From contig CAYWID010000004.1 of assembly GCA_964458285.1 (NCBI GenBank), positions 147,842 through 211,841 on the forward strand: DNA of 64,000 bases. Reading direction: 5' to 3'. Below, one piece after another: positions 56,349 to 64,000 of this stretch. How positions within the stretch are numbered: position 1 is the first letter of the stretch; every line of letters starts with the position of its first letter. The translations under genes and the position numbers were made by a program. The stretch comes from an uncultured Subdoligranulum sp. GTDB taxonomy: Bacteria; Bacillota; Clostridia; Oscillospirales; Ruminococcaceae. The notes under the pieces were generated by a model, which worked only from the letters and a program-made list of their open reading frames with translations, was not told the DNA's origin and searched no databases.

Positions 56349-57854
56349 ATGCGGACGAAAACCTATTTAAAAAACGCAGCGCTGCTCACGGCGTCCGGGC
56401 TGGCGCTGCGGGCGCTCGGGATGGTGTTCCGGGTGTATCTGGCCGGGCAGCTGGGCGGCGAGGGGATGGGGCTGTACCAGCTGATCCTGTCGCTGTACAT
56501 GGTGTTTGTCTCGCTGGCCACGGCGGGCATCAACGTGGCCTCCACCCGGCTGGCCGCCGAAAATCTTGCCCGCGGGTGGGGGATCGGCCGCACGGTGCGG
56601 CGGCTCTCGGTCACGGCGGCGGTGCTGGGCACGGCGGCCATGATGGGGCAGACGGCGCTGGCGGGGGTTCTGTCCCGCGCCGTTCTGCACGATGCCCGCG
56701 CCGAGCTGGCGCTGCGGATTCTGGCGCCCAGCCTGCCTTTTATGGCGGTGGCGGGCAGCCTGCGCGGCTGCTTTTTAGCCGGGCGCAAGGTGCAGCCCAA
56801 CGTGACGGCCCAGATGGTGGAGCAGCTGCTGCGTATGGGCGTTGTGTTTGTAACCCTGCGCCGGTTTGTCGGCTGGGGGGCCGGGTACGGCTGCGCGGCG
56901 GCGCTGGCCGGCAACACGGTCAGCGAGGCCGTCTCCTGCCTGATCATGGTGGGCTATGCCCGGCGGGACAAAGCGCTGCGCACCCCGGCGGCCCGGCGGG
57001 GCAGCGGCTACGCCAAACGGGAGCTGCTGGGCATTCTGCTGCCCGTGGAGGGCGGCCGGATGCTGGCCAGCGGGCTGCAGGCTGCCGAAAGCGCCCTGAT
57101 TCCGCTGTGCCTGGGGCAATACCTGGGCGCGCGGGCGCTGGCGGTGGCCCAGTACGGCGCGCTGAAGGGGATGGCCGAGCCGCTGCTGTTTTTTCCCTTC
57201 TCGGTGCTGGCGGCCCTCTCGGGGCTGCTGATGCCCGAGATCACCCGCGCCCGCACCCGGAAGGACGCGGCCGCCGCGGCGCGGCTGATCGACCGGATGA
57301 TGACGGCCAGCGGGTTGTTTTCGGCGCTGGCGGCGGTGCTTTTTCTGCTGTTTGGCCGCCCGGCCGCCCTGCTGCTGTACCGGGACGAGACGGTGGGGGC
57401 CTACGTTCAGATTTTGGGCGCGGCGGCCCCTTTCCTGTACACCGAAAGCTTGGTGGACGGGGTGCTGCGGGGCCTTGGGGAGCAGTGGGCGACCTTCCGC
57501 TTCTCGGTGGAGGATTCTGTGCTGCGGATTGCGGGGATCCTGCTGCTGCTGCCCCGCTGGGGGATGGGGGCGTTTCTCGGCATCATGCTGGCGTCCAATG
57601 CGATGACCTGCGCCCTCAACACGGCGCGGATGCTGCGCTGCACGGGCGCCCCGGCGCACTGGGGCCGCTGGGTGCTGGCGCCGCTGGGGTTTGCCTGCCT
57701 GGGCGGCGGGGGCGGCTGGGCGCTGCTGTGCTGGCTTACGGCCGAAACCGCCGCCCCCGCGCCGCTGCGGCTGGCGCTGGCGCTGGCGCTGGTGCTGGGG
57801 GTCTACGGCGGGCTGGCGCTGCGGTGCAAGATGGTTCGCTCGCTTACGGGCTGA
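56349..57854 (+). CDS. SpoVB-like / MOP superfamily polysaccharide flippase
   Basis: FRVYLAGQLGGEGMGLYQL N-terminus typical of SpoVB; about 12-14 TM segments. Confidence 0.85.
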   Translation: MRTKTYLKNAALLTASGLALRALGMVFRVYLAGQLGGEGMGLYQLILSLYMVFVSLATAGINVASTRLAAENLARGWGIGRTVRRLSVTAAVLGTAAMMGQTALAGVLSRAVLHDARAELALRILAPSLPFMAVAGSLRGCFLAGRKVQPNVTAQMVEQLLRMGVVFVTLRRFVGWGAGYGCAAALAGNTVSEAVSCLIMVGYARRDKALRTPAARRGSGYAKRELLGILLPVEGGRMLASGLQAAESALIPLCLGQYLGARALAVAQYGALKGMAEPLLFFPFSVLAALSGLLMPEITRARTRKDAAAAARLIDRMMTASGLFSALAAVLFLLFGRPAALLLYRDETVGAYVQILGAAAPFLYTESLVDGVLRGLGEQWATFRFSVEDSVLRIAGILLLLPRWGMGAFLGIMLASNAMTCALNTARMLRCTGAPAHWGRWVLAPLGFACLGGGGGWALLCWLTAETAAPAPLRLALALALVLGVYGGLALRCKMVRSLTG

Positions 57855-57890
57855 AAAGCCCGCGGCGCGGCCCCGCCCCCGGAATACCCC

Positions 57891-57923
57891 AAAAAGACCC
57901 CCCGGCGATTGTTCGCCGGGGGG
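57891..57923 (-). terminator. intrinsic terminator of malQ
   Basis: CCCCCCGGCGA/TCGCCGGGGGG stem + TCTTTTT on the minus strand. Confidence 0.75.
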
Positions 57924-57967
57924 CATAGGGGAAGTGAAATGACAAGGTGAAACGGCGGGGCGGGGGG

Positions 57968-59485
57968 TCAGGCCTTTTCGGCAGGCGCAGGCTCCCGGCC
58001 GGCCTGGGTGCCCAGCCGCCCGTACAGGGTCATCTGGTGGCGAAGCCTGCGCGCCAGCGTGGGGGTAAAGGCTCCCGGCAGCGCGCGCCAGCACCAGTTT
58101 CCGCCCAGGGTGGAGGGGGTGTTCATCCGGGCCGCGTGGCCCAGCTCCAGCACGTCCTGCGCCTGCACGATGGCAAGATCGGCCACGCTGGACCAGGCGC
58201 CCCGCATCATCCCCCAAACGTACCCTTCCTCGGCGGTCAGCTTGAGGTAATCGATCGCGTGGGCGACATCGTCGCGCGGGGCGGTGTCGAACCAGCCCGC
58301 CGTCGGCTCGTTGTCGTGGGTGCCGGTGTACACAATGCACTTGCGCGGGTAGCTGTGGGGCAGGTAGTCGCCGCCGTCCCGGCTGTCAAAGGCAAATTCC
58401 ATCACCTTCATGCCGGGGTAGCCCGCGTCGGCCAGCAGCCGGCGCACATCGTCCGAAAGAAAACCCAGATCCTCCGCAATGATGTCCCGCGGGCCAAGCG
58501 CCTCGTTGACAGCGCGGAACAGCTTCATGCCGGGGCCGGTGCGCCAGCGGCCCTGGCAGGCGTCGGTGGCGCCGTAGGGGATGGCGTAATACCCGGCAAA
58601 ACCGCGGAAATGGTCGATGCGCAGCACATCGTAGATGCCGCACAGATGCCGGATGCGGCGTATCCACCAGCGGAAGCCGTCGGCCTCCATGGCGTCCCAG
58701 TCAAACAGCGGGTTGCCCCACAGCTGGCCGGTAGCCGAAAATCCGTCCGGCGGGCAGCCCGCCACCTCAATGGGGCGCAGCGCCTCGTCCAGTTGAAATT
58801 CCTGCGGGTTGGCCCAAACGTCCACGCTGTCCGCCGCCACATAGATCGGCAAATCGCCGATGATCGAGACGCGGCGGCTGTTGGCATAGGCCTTGAGGGC
58901 CGTCCACTGGCGGGTGAAAAGATACTGCACGGCCTGCCAGAACGCGATGTCCCCGGCGCAGGCCGCGCGGGCTTTTTCCAGCACCGCGGGGTCGCGGCGG
59001 CAGAGGGAAGGCTCCCAGGTGTTCCAGGCCGCGCCGCCGTGCTGGTCCTTCAGGGCCATGAACAGGGCGTAGTCCGGCAGCCAGAAATCGTTTTGCGCGC
59101 AAAACGCCGCATACCCGGCCGGGGGATGGGCCAGCAGCCGTGCGGCCGCCTTGCGCAGAACGGGATACCGCTTTTGGTACAGCGCGCCGTAGTTCACGCT
59201 GTCCGGCGCCGCCTCCCAGTCGATCCCCTTGTACTCCTCGGGCAGCAGCAGTCCCTCGCGGGCCAGCTCGTCCAAATCGATCAGGTAGGGATTTCCTGCA
59301 AAGGTGGAAAAGGATTGATAGGGCGAATCGCCGTAGCTGGTGGGGCAAACCGGCAGGATCTGCCAGTAGGTCTGCCCGGCGGCGGCCAGAAAATCGACGA
59401 ATTCGCGTGCTGCCGCGCCCATGGTGCCGATCCCGCAGGGGGAGGGCAGACTGGATAGGTGCAGCAGGATACCGCTTGCTCTCAT
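57968..59485 (-). CDS. malQ: 4-alpha-glucanotransferase (amylomaltase, GH77)
   Basis: GILLHLSSLP, DSPYQS, GDLPIYV, RIDHFRG, AEDLG, YTGTHDN. Confidence 0.96.
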   Translation of the reverse strand: MRASGILLHLSSLPSPCGIGTMGAAAREFVDFLAAAGQTYWQILPVCPTSYGDSPYQSFSTFAGNPYLIDLDELAREGLLLPEEYKGIDWEAAPDSVNYGALYQKRYPVLRKAAARLLAHPPAGYAAFCAQNDFWLPDYALFMALKDQHGGAAWNTWEPSLCRRDPAVLEKARAACAGDIAFWQAVQYLFTRQWTALKAYANSRRVSIIGDLPIYVAADSVDVWANPQEFQLDEALRPIEVAGCPPDGFSATGQLWGNPLFDWDAMEADGFRWWIRRIRHLCGIYDVLRIDHFRGFAGYYAIPYGATDACQGRWRTGPGMKLFRAVNEALGPRDIIAEDLGFLSDDVRRLLADAGYPGMKVMEFAFDSRDGGDYLPHSYPRKCIVYTGTHDNEPTAGWFDTAPRDDVAHAIDYLKLTAEEGYVWGMMRGAWSSVADLAIVQAQDVLELGHAARMNTPSTLGGNWCWRALPGAFTPTLARRLRHQMTLYGRLGTQAGREPAPAEKA

Positions 59486-59512
59486 GGAAGTAAATTCCGC
59501 CTTTCTCAAAGA

Positions 59513-60541
59513 TCACGAAATCAGGGGCTGGGGTACGATCAGCTGGCGGACGCTTTCGCCCTCCACCAGCTCAAAGGGAACGATCTCATGCACGGCGGAG
59601 CTGTTTTCCTCCACGCAGTGCAGCAAAATTTCCACGCCGCGCGTCGCCAGCCTGCTCACGTTTTGCCGGATGGTCGTAAGGCGGGGAACACAGTAGCCGG
59701 CCAGGGCCACGCCGTCAAAGCCGGTGACGGAGATGTCCTGCGGCACCTGCCGCCCGTGGTCCTGCAAAGCGCGCAGCGCGCCCATGGCCATCAGATCGCT
59801 CATGGTAAAAACCGCCGTCATGGCGGGGCAGTGGGCCAGCAGCCAGCACATGGCCTGGTAGCCGCCGTCCATCGAAAACCTGGCGTACCCGTACTGGGTG
59901 TCGCGGTCAAAGGCAAGCCCGCGGCGCAAAAACGCCTGCTGGCAGCCCGCCAGGCGGGAGAACGAGGGGCGCGAAAGCTCGGGCCGGCTGCCGATCAGGC
60001 CGAACTTGCGGTGGCCGCGTTCGTACAGGTAGTCGATCATCCGGGCGGAGGCGGCCGCGTCGTCCACGCTCACGCTGGACAGATTCCGGATATCCAGCGC
60101 GGCGGCGCTGTTGGTCACCAGCACGCAGGGCACGCCCAGATCCGCCAGCGCGGGGGTAAAGTAGTCCAGGTTGGAGCCCAGAAACACGATGCCGTAGGGC
60201 TTGCGCTCCTGGCAGACCACGGTGGCCTGCTCCACCTCGTTGGCTTCCTCGTCGATGTAGTAAAGGATGCTTACATAGCCGCGCTCCTCGATCAATGCCT
60301 GCATTTTTTCGATGATGGCGGCAAACAGCATGTTCTGGGTGCCTTTGACGATCAGAGCAATGCCCGAGCTGGCCTGCATCTTCAGATGCTTGGCGTTGGC
60401 GTTGGGCTGAAAATTGTGCTTTTGCACCACATCCAGGATGCGGGCGCGGGCAACCTCGCTGACGTTGGGATCGTTGTTCAGCACGCGGGATACCGTGCCC
60501 ACCGCGTACCCAGATTCCCGAGCGATGTCCTTGATCGTCAT
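59513..60541 (-). CDS. LacI family transcriptional regulator (MalR-like)
   Basis: TIKDIARESGYAVGTVSRVLN HTH, PQDISVTGFD. Confidence 0.95.
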   Translation of the reverse strand: MTIKDIARESGYAVGTVSRVLNNDPNVSEVARARILDVVQKHNFQPNANAKHLKMQASSGIALIVKGTQNMLFAAIIEKMQALIEERGYVSILYYIDEEANEVEQATVVCQERKPYGIVFLGSNLDYFTPALADLGVPCVLVTNSAAALDIRNLSSVSVDDAAASARMIDYLYERGHRKFGLIGSRPELSRPSFSRLAGCQQAFLRRGLAFDRDTQYGYARFSMDGGYQAMCWLLAHCPAMTAVFTMSDLMAMGALRALQDHGRQVPQDISVTGFDGVALAGYCVPRLTTIRQNVSRLATRGVEILLHCVEENSSAVHEIVPFELVEGESVRQLIVPQPLIS

Positions 60542-60587
60542 GGCTCGACACTCCTTTGCGAAAAAACTTTCTGCATTTGCCAGTATA

Positions 60588-61436
60588 TCAGCCTTTTACG
60601 GCGCCTGCAATAACGCCGTCGATAATATATTTCTGGCAGACAAGGTACAGGACGATCACGGGCAGGATTGTGATGATGATGCAGGCCATCATGGGCGCCA
60701 TCTGCACGCTGCCGTAGCTGCCGCGGAAATACTGGATGGCCATGGGGATGGTGCGGAACTGCTTGATGTCCAGCACCAGGGTGGGCAGCAGGTAGTCGTT
60801 CCACACCCACATGGTTTCCAGGATGGCGGTGGAGATCATGGTGGGCTTAAGGATGGGAATGACCACCTTGAAAAAGATCTGCAAAGGGTTGCAGCCGTCG
60901 ATCATGGCGGCCTCCTCGATCTCAAGGGGCATGGATTTTACAAAGCCGGTGAACATGAACACGGCCAGGCCGGCGCCAAAGCCCAGGTAGATGATGCAGA
61001 TGTTGAACGGGTTGTTCAGGCGCAGGGTATCGGCGGTTTTGGCCAAAGTGAACATGACCATCTGGAAGGGGACGACCATCGAGAAAACGCACAGGGCGTA
61101 CATTCCCTTGGAAAGAACGCCGGTCACGCGGGTGATGTACCACGCGCACATCGAGCAGCACAGCAAAATCAAAAACACCGAGGATACCGTGATGACCAGG
61201 CTGTAGCCGAACGATTTAAGAAAATCCATCGACTGGATGCCGTAGATGTAGTTGGCCAGGCCGACAAAGGTGTCGGCGGTGGGCAGCTCGAACGCGCGGG
61301 TGGTGGAGATGGCAAGTTCATCCTTGAGCGAGTTGGAAAGAATCATGAAGATGGGGTAGATGTATACCACGCACAGCAGCCCCAAAATGACCGAGATGAC
61401 CGCGTTTACGCGGGACTGACTTTTGGAAGAAACCAT
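60588..61436 (-). CDS. carbohydrate ABC permease (MalG-like)
   Basis: EIEEAAMIDG EAA motif, WVWNDYL. Confidence 0.93.
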   Translation of the reverse strand: MVSSKSQSRVNAVISVILGLLCVVYIYPIFMILSNSLKDELAISTTRAFELPTADTFVGLANYIYGIQSMDFLKSFGYSLVITVSSVFLILLCCSMCAWYITRVTGVLSKGMYALCVFSMVVPFQMVMFTLAKTADTLRLNNPFNICIIYLGFGAGLAVFMFTGFVKSMPLEIEEAAMIDGCNPLQIFFKVVIPILKPTMISTAILETMWVWNDYLLPTLVLDIKQFRTIPMAIQYFRGSYGSVQMAPMMACIIITILPVIVLYLVCQKYIIDGVIAGAVKG

Positions 61437-62287
61437 TATTGCTGCACCTCCTTGGAACGGGTGATCCGAAGCTGTACCATCGAGATGATGACGACGAACA
61501 GGAAGAATACCACGGCCTTGGCCTGGCCGATGCCCTTCCACTGGGGTCCGCTGCGGGCATAGAAGGTATCGTAAATGTTGAGGGCCAGCATCTGAGAGTT
61601 TTTGGCAGGCTCGCCGCCGGTCAGGGAGAGGTTCTGGTCAAAGAGCTTGAAGGAGTTGGTCAGGGTAAGGAAGGTGCAGATGGTGATGCTGGGCATGACC
61701 ATGGGCAGCTTGATGCGGAACAGGATCTGGCTGTTGGTGGCGCCGTCGATCTTGGCGGCCTCGATCAGATCGCCGGGCACGTTCTGCAAACCGGCAATGT
61801 AGATGATCATCATGTAGCCGATCTGCTGCCAGCACATCAGGATGATCAAGCCCCAAAAGCCGGATACGGCGTCCAGCGCCAGCAGCGGCTTGCCCAGATA
61901 GGTCAGCAGGCCGTTGAGCAGGATCTGCCAGATATAGCCCAGAACGATGCCGCCGATCAGGTTGGGCATGAAAAAGATGGTGCGGAACACGTTGGTGCCG
62001 ATCAGCTTGCGGGTCAGCAGCAGGGCGATGGCAAAGCCCAGGATGTTGATAAGCAGGGTGGACACGATGGTGAACAGCACCGTAAAGAAAAACGCATGGT
62101 TGAAGGTATCGTCGATCCAGATGTTCACATAGTTGCTGATGCCCACCCATTTGACGTTGTTCACGGTGGTGAACTTGCAGAACGAAAGCGCGATGCCCCA
62201 GATAAACGGCCATACAAACCCGATGACAAAGGCGATCAATGTGGGAAGCACAAAGACCGGCCAGTATTTTTTCATAGCTTTTTGCAT
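61436..62287 (-). CDS. carbohydrate ABC permease (MalF-like)
   Basis: DLIEAAKIDGA, FKLFD. Confidence 0.93.
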   Translation of the reverse strand: MQKAMKKYWPVFVLPTLIAFVIGFVWPFIWGIALSFCKFTTVNNVKWVGISNYVNIWIDDTFNHAFFFTVLFTIVSTLLINILGFAIALLLTRKLIGTNVFRTIFFMPNLIGGIVLGYIWQILLNGLLTYLGKPLLALDAVSGFWGLIILMCWQQIGYMMIIYIAGLQNVPGDLIEAAKIDGATNSQILFRIKLPMVMPSITICTFLTLTNSFKLFDQNLSLTGGEPAKNSQMLALNIYDTFYARSGPQWKGIGQAKAVVFFLFVVIISMVQLRITRSKEVQQ

Positions 62288-62439
62288 TTCATTTCCCCCT
62301 GAAATTTCAAAGCAATCTCAAACGGACGGCCAGCGGCGCCTGGCGCACCATAAAAAGGGGCGGGCGATCGTTTGGCATCGCCCACCCCTTTCCTGCAATT
62401 TCTCAAAGCGCCGCGGTCAAAACAATCCTTTCAGCGCGA

Positions 62440-63816
62440 TCAGCCATTGGCAAGCTTATACTCGGTCGCCCAGCCGTCCACAAACGCGGTCTTGACGGCA
62501 TTCCAGTCGCCGGTGCCGGCAGCGTAAGCGGTCAGAGCGGAACCGACGCCATTCTTCCAGTTCTCGGAAGGCATGGTGGAGAAGCACCACGCAACCGGGG
62601 TCTTGCCGTCGGCAATATACTGGTTGGAAGCCTGGATCAGCGGGTTGGTTGCCTCGTATTCGCCGGTAAAGGTGTCAAACGGAGTGACGAAGCCCATATC
62701 CTGGCTCATGGATTTGCGGCCCTCGTCGCTGGTAATCACCCAGTTCAGGAAGTCGAGGGTGGCCTGGATGTCCTCAGGCTTGGATTCCTTGTTCACGCAC
62801 CAGTAGTTCTCGGAGCCGGTGCAAAGGCCCTGGTTCTCCTCGCCCTCGGCGCCGATGTAGATGGGCAGCATGCCCAGGTTGTCGTCGCCCAGGCTCTTGA
62901 TGTCGTTGTAGGCCCAGGTGCCGTTCTGGTAGAACACGGCCTTGCTGCCCGCAAACTCTGCGGTGGCGTCATCGCCGGTCTTGCTGGCCAGCAGGGTGGG
63001 GTCGCAGGTGGAATCGGTGATGTACAGATCCCAGATCTTCTTGTAGTTGTCGAGGTAGGTGCCCTTGATGGCGGCGGTGGAAGTCTCGTTGTCGGCCTTG
63101 TACTCATAGTAGATGGGCAGGTTGGCCAGGTGGGTCTTGAAGCGCCAGTCGGAGGAGGAATCCATGCCGGCGGAGGTGAAGGCGCCGTCCACGCCAAGCT
63201 CGGCCTTGCGTGCCTGGATATCGTCTGCGGCGGCCTTCAGCTTGTCAAAGCTGTTGATGTCCTCGGCCTTGTAGCCTGCCTTGGTCAGCAGCGCCTTGTT
63301 GTAGATGATGCCGTAGGTCTCAATGACGTAGGCGATGCCGTCCACCGCGCTGCCGTCCTTCAAAGCGAAGTCGTCGCTCTTGAGGTGCTTGTACAGCTCG
63401 GAGCCGGACAGGTCGTAGCAGTAATCCTTCCAGTTGGCAAGACCCACGGGGCCGTTGACCTGGAACAGGGTGGGCGCGTCGGTCTTGGCAATCTCGCTCA
63501 TCAGGGTAGTCTCGTACTCGCCGGAGGCGGCGGTGACGACCGTCACGGGAACGCCGGTCTGCTGGGTGTAGGTGGTGGCCAAAGCCTGCCAATCCTTATC
63601 CTGCTCGGGCTTGAAGTTCAGGTAGTATACCTTGCCGCCTGCGCTGGTAGCGGCGGTGCTGGCCGCGGTGTCCGCGGTGGACGATGCGGCGGCTTCGCTG
63701 GAAGCGGCGGTAGACTCACTGGAAGCGGCGGACGAAGCGCTGGAACCGCACCCGGCCAGCATACCCGCTGCCATGGCGGACGCCATACTGATGGCAAGAA
63801 CTTTCTTAGCTTTCAT
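62440..63816 (-). CDS. maltose/maltodextrin ABC substrate-binding lipoprotein
   Basis: LAGC lipobox, Ser/Ala linker, YYLNFKPE, SBP family 1; context with malQ. Confidence 0.9.
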   Translation of the reverse strand: MKAKKVLAISMASAMAAGMLAGCGSSASSAASSESTAASSEAAASSTADTAASTAATSAGGKVYYLNFKPEQDKDWQALATTYTQQTGVPVTVVTAASGEYETTLMSEIAKTDAPTLFQVNGPVGLANWKDYCYDLSGSELYKHLKSDDFALKDGSAVDGIAYVIETYGIIYNKALLTKAGYKAEDINSFDKLKAAADDIQARKAELGVDGAFTSAGMDSSSDWRFKTHLANLPIYYEYKADNETSTAAIKGTYLDNYKKIWDLYITDSTCDPTLLASKTGDDATAEFAGSKAVFYQNGTWAYNDIKSLGDDNLGMLPIYIGAEGEENQGLCTGSENYWCVNKESKPEDIQATLDFLNWVITSDEGRKSMSQDMGFVTPFDTFTGEYEATNPLIQASNQYIADGKTPVAWCFSTMPSENWKNGVGSALTAYAAGTGDWNAVKTAFVDGWATEYKLANG

Positions 63817-63859
63817 TGCTATTCTTCTCCTAAAATGCTTGGTTGTGATTTGCTGAACG

Positions 63860-63873
63860 TGAAACCGTTTCCA
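63860..63873. promoter_or_regulatory. LacI-family operator downstream of the sugar ABC promoter
   Basis: minus strand TGGAAACGGTTTCA fits TGNAANCGNTTNCA. Confidence 0.8.
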
Positions 63874-63889
63874 CATCCGGTATGCTTGC

Positions 63890-63918
63890 ATTATAGGCCA
63901 GGCCCAAAGAAAATGCAA
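63890..63918 (-). promoter_or_regulatory. sigma-A promoter of the maltodextrin operon
   Basis: minus strand TTGCAT-17-TATAAT. Confidence 0.82.
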
Positions 63919-64000
63919 GTGTTTTTCATCGAAAAAACTTAAAAACGTCATATATCATTAAATATTGAAACGGATTTTATGCAATACGTCAAACGCTGAT

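Noticed and set aside
59513-64000. Visibly lower GC of the maltodextrin locus as evidence of horizontal transfer
   Set aside because: Not quantified; no mobility genes or flanking repeats, and highly expressed genes such as livK can also deviate in codon usage.

Overview
A GC-rich chromosomal segment from a Clostridia-type Firmicute, probably Oscillospiraceae/Ruminococcaceae (inferred from gene content, sigma-A promoters and the T-box). It is mostly core metabolism and transport, with no intact mobile element or CRISPR array. In order it carries: rhomboid, cidA/lrgB, a DUF853 ATPase, a Gfo/Idh/MocA oxidoreductase, a Crp/Fnr regulator, an OmpR-family two-component system plus lipoprotein, a Trp T-box-controlled trpE-G/D-C-F-B-A operon, an orphan oadB/oadG-like pair behind a terminator-containing leader, ackA, tmcAL, xpt, livKHMGF, potABCD, acyl-ACP thioesterase, oppABCDF followed by a class-A-beta-lactamase-fold hydrolase and an SH3-NlpC/P60 peptidase, IMP dehydrogenase, tRNA-Leu(GAG), cysK, a polysaccharide deacetylase, a GH13 enzyme, gltBD, mscL, Mrp/NBP35, PNP, a SpoVB-like flippase and a malQ/LacI/maltodextrin ABC locus. 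The main observation is a pair of apparently paralogous, unannotated ~80-90 nt small RNAs at 6697-6774 (-) and 33124-33210 (+). They share the same promoter geometry, with two tandem GTWACAA-N4-GTWACAA boxes. Each carries an anti-start-codon/anti-Shine-Dalgarno core (CUUUUUCAU...CUCCU) and a related terminator with a CCCUC loop. One copy lies divergently from the two-component system, which suggests a TCS-controlled, csRNA-like post-transcriptional system. No database searches or folding computations were run; family calls come from motif recognition by eye.
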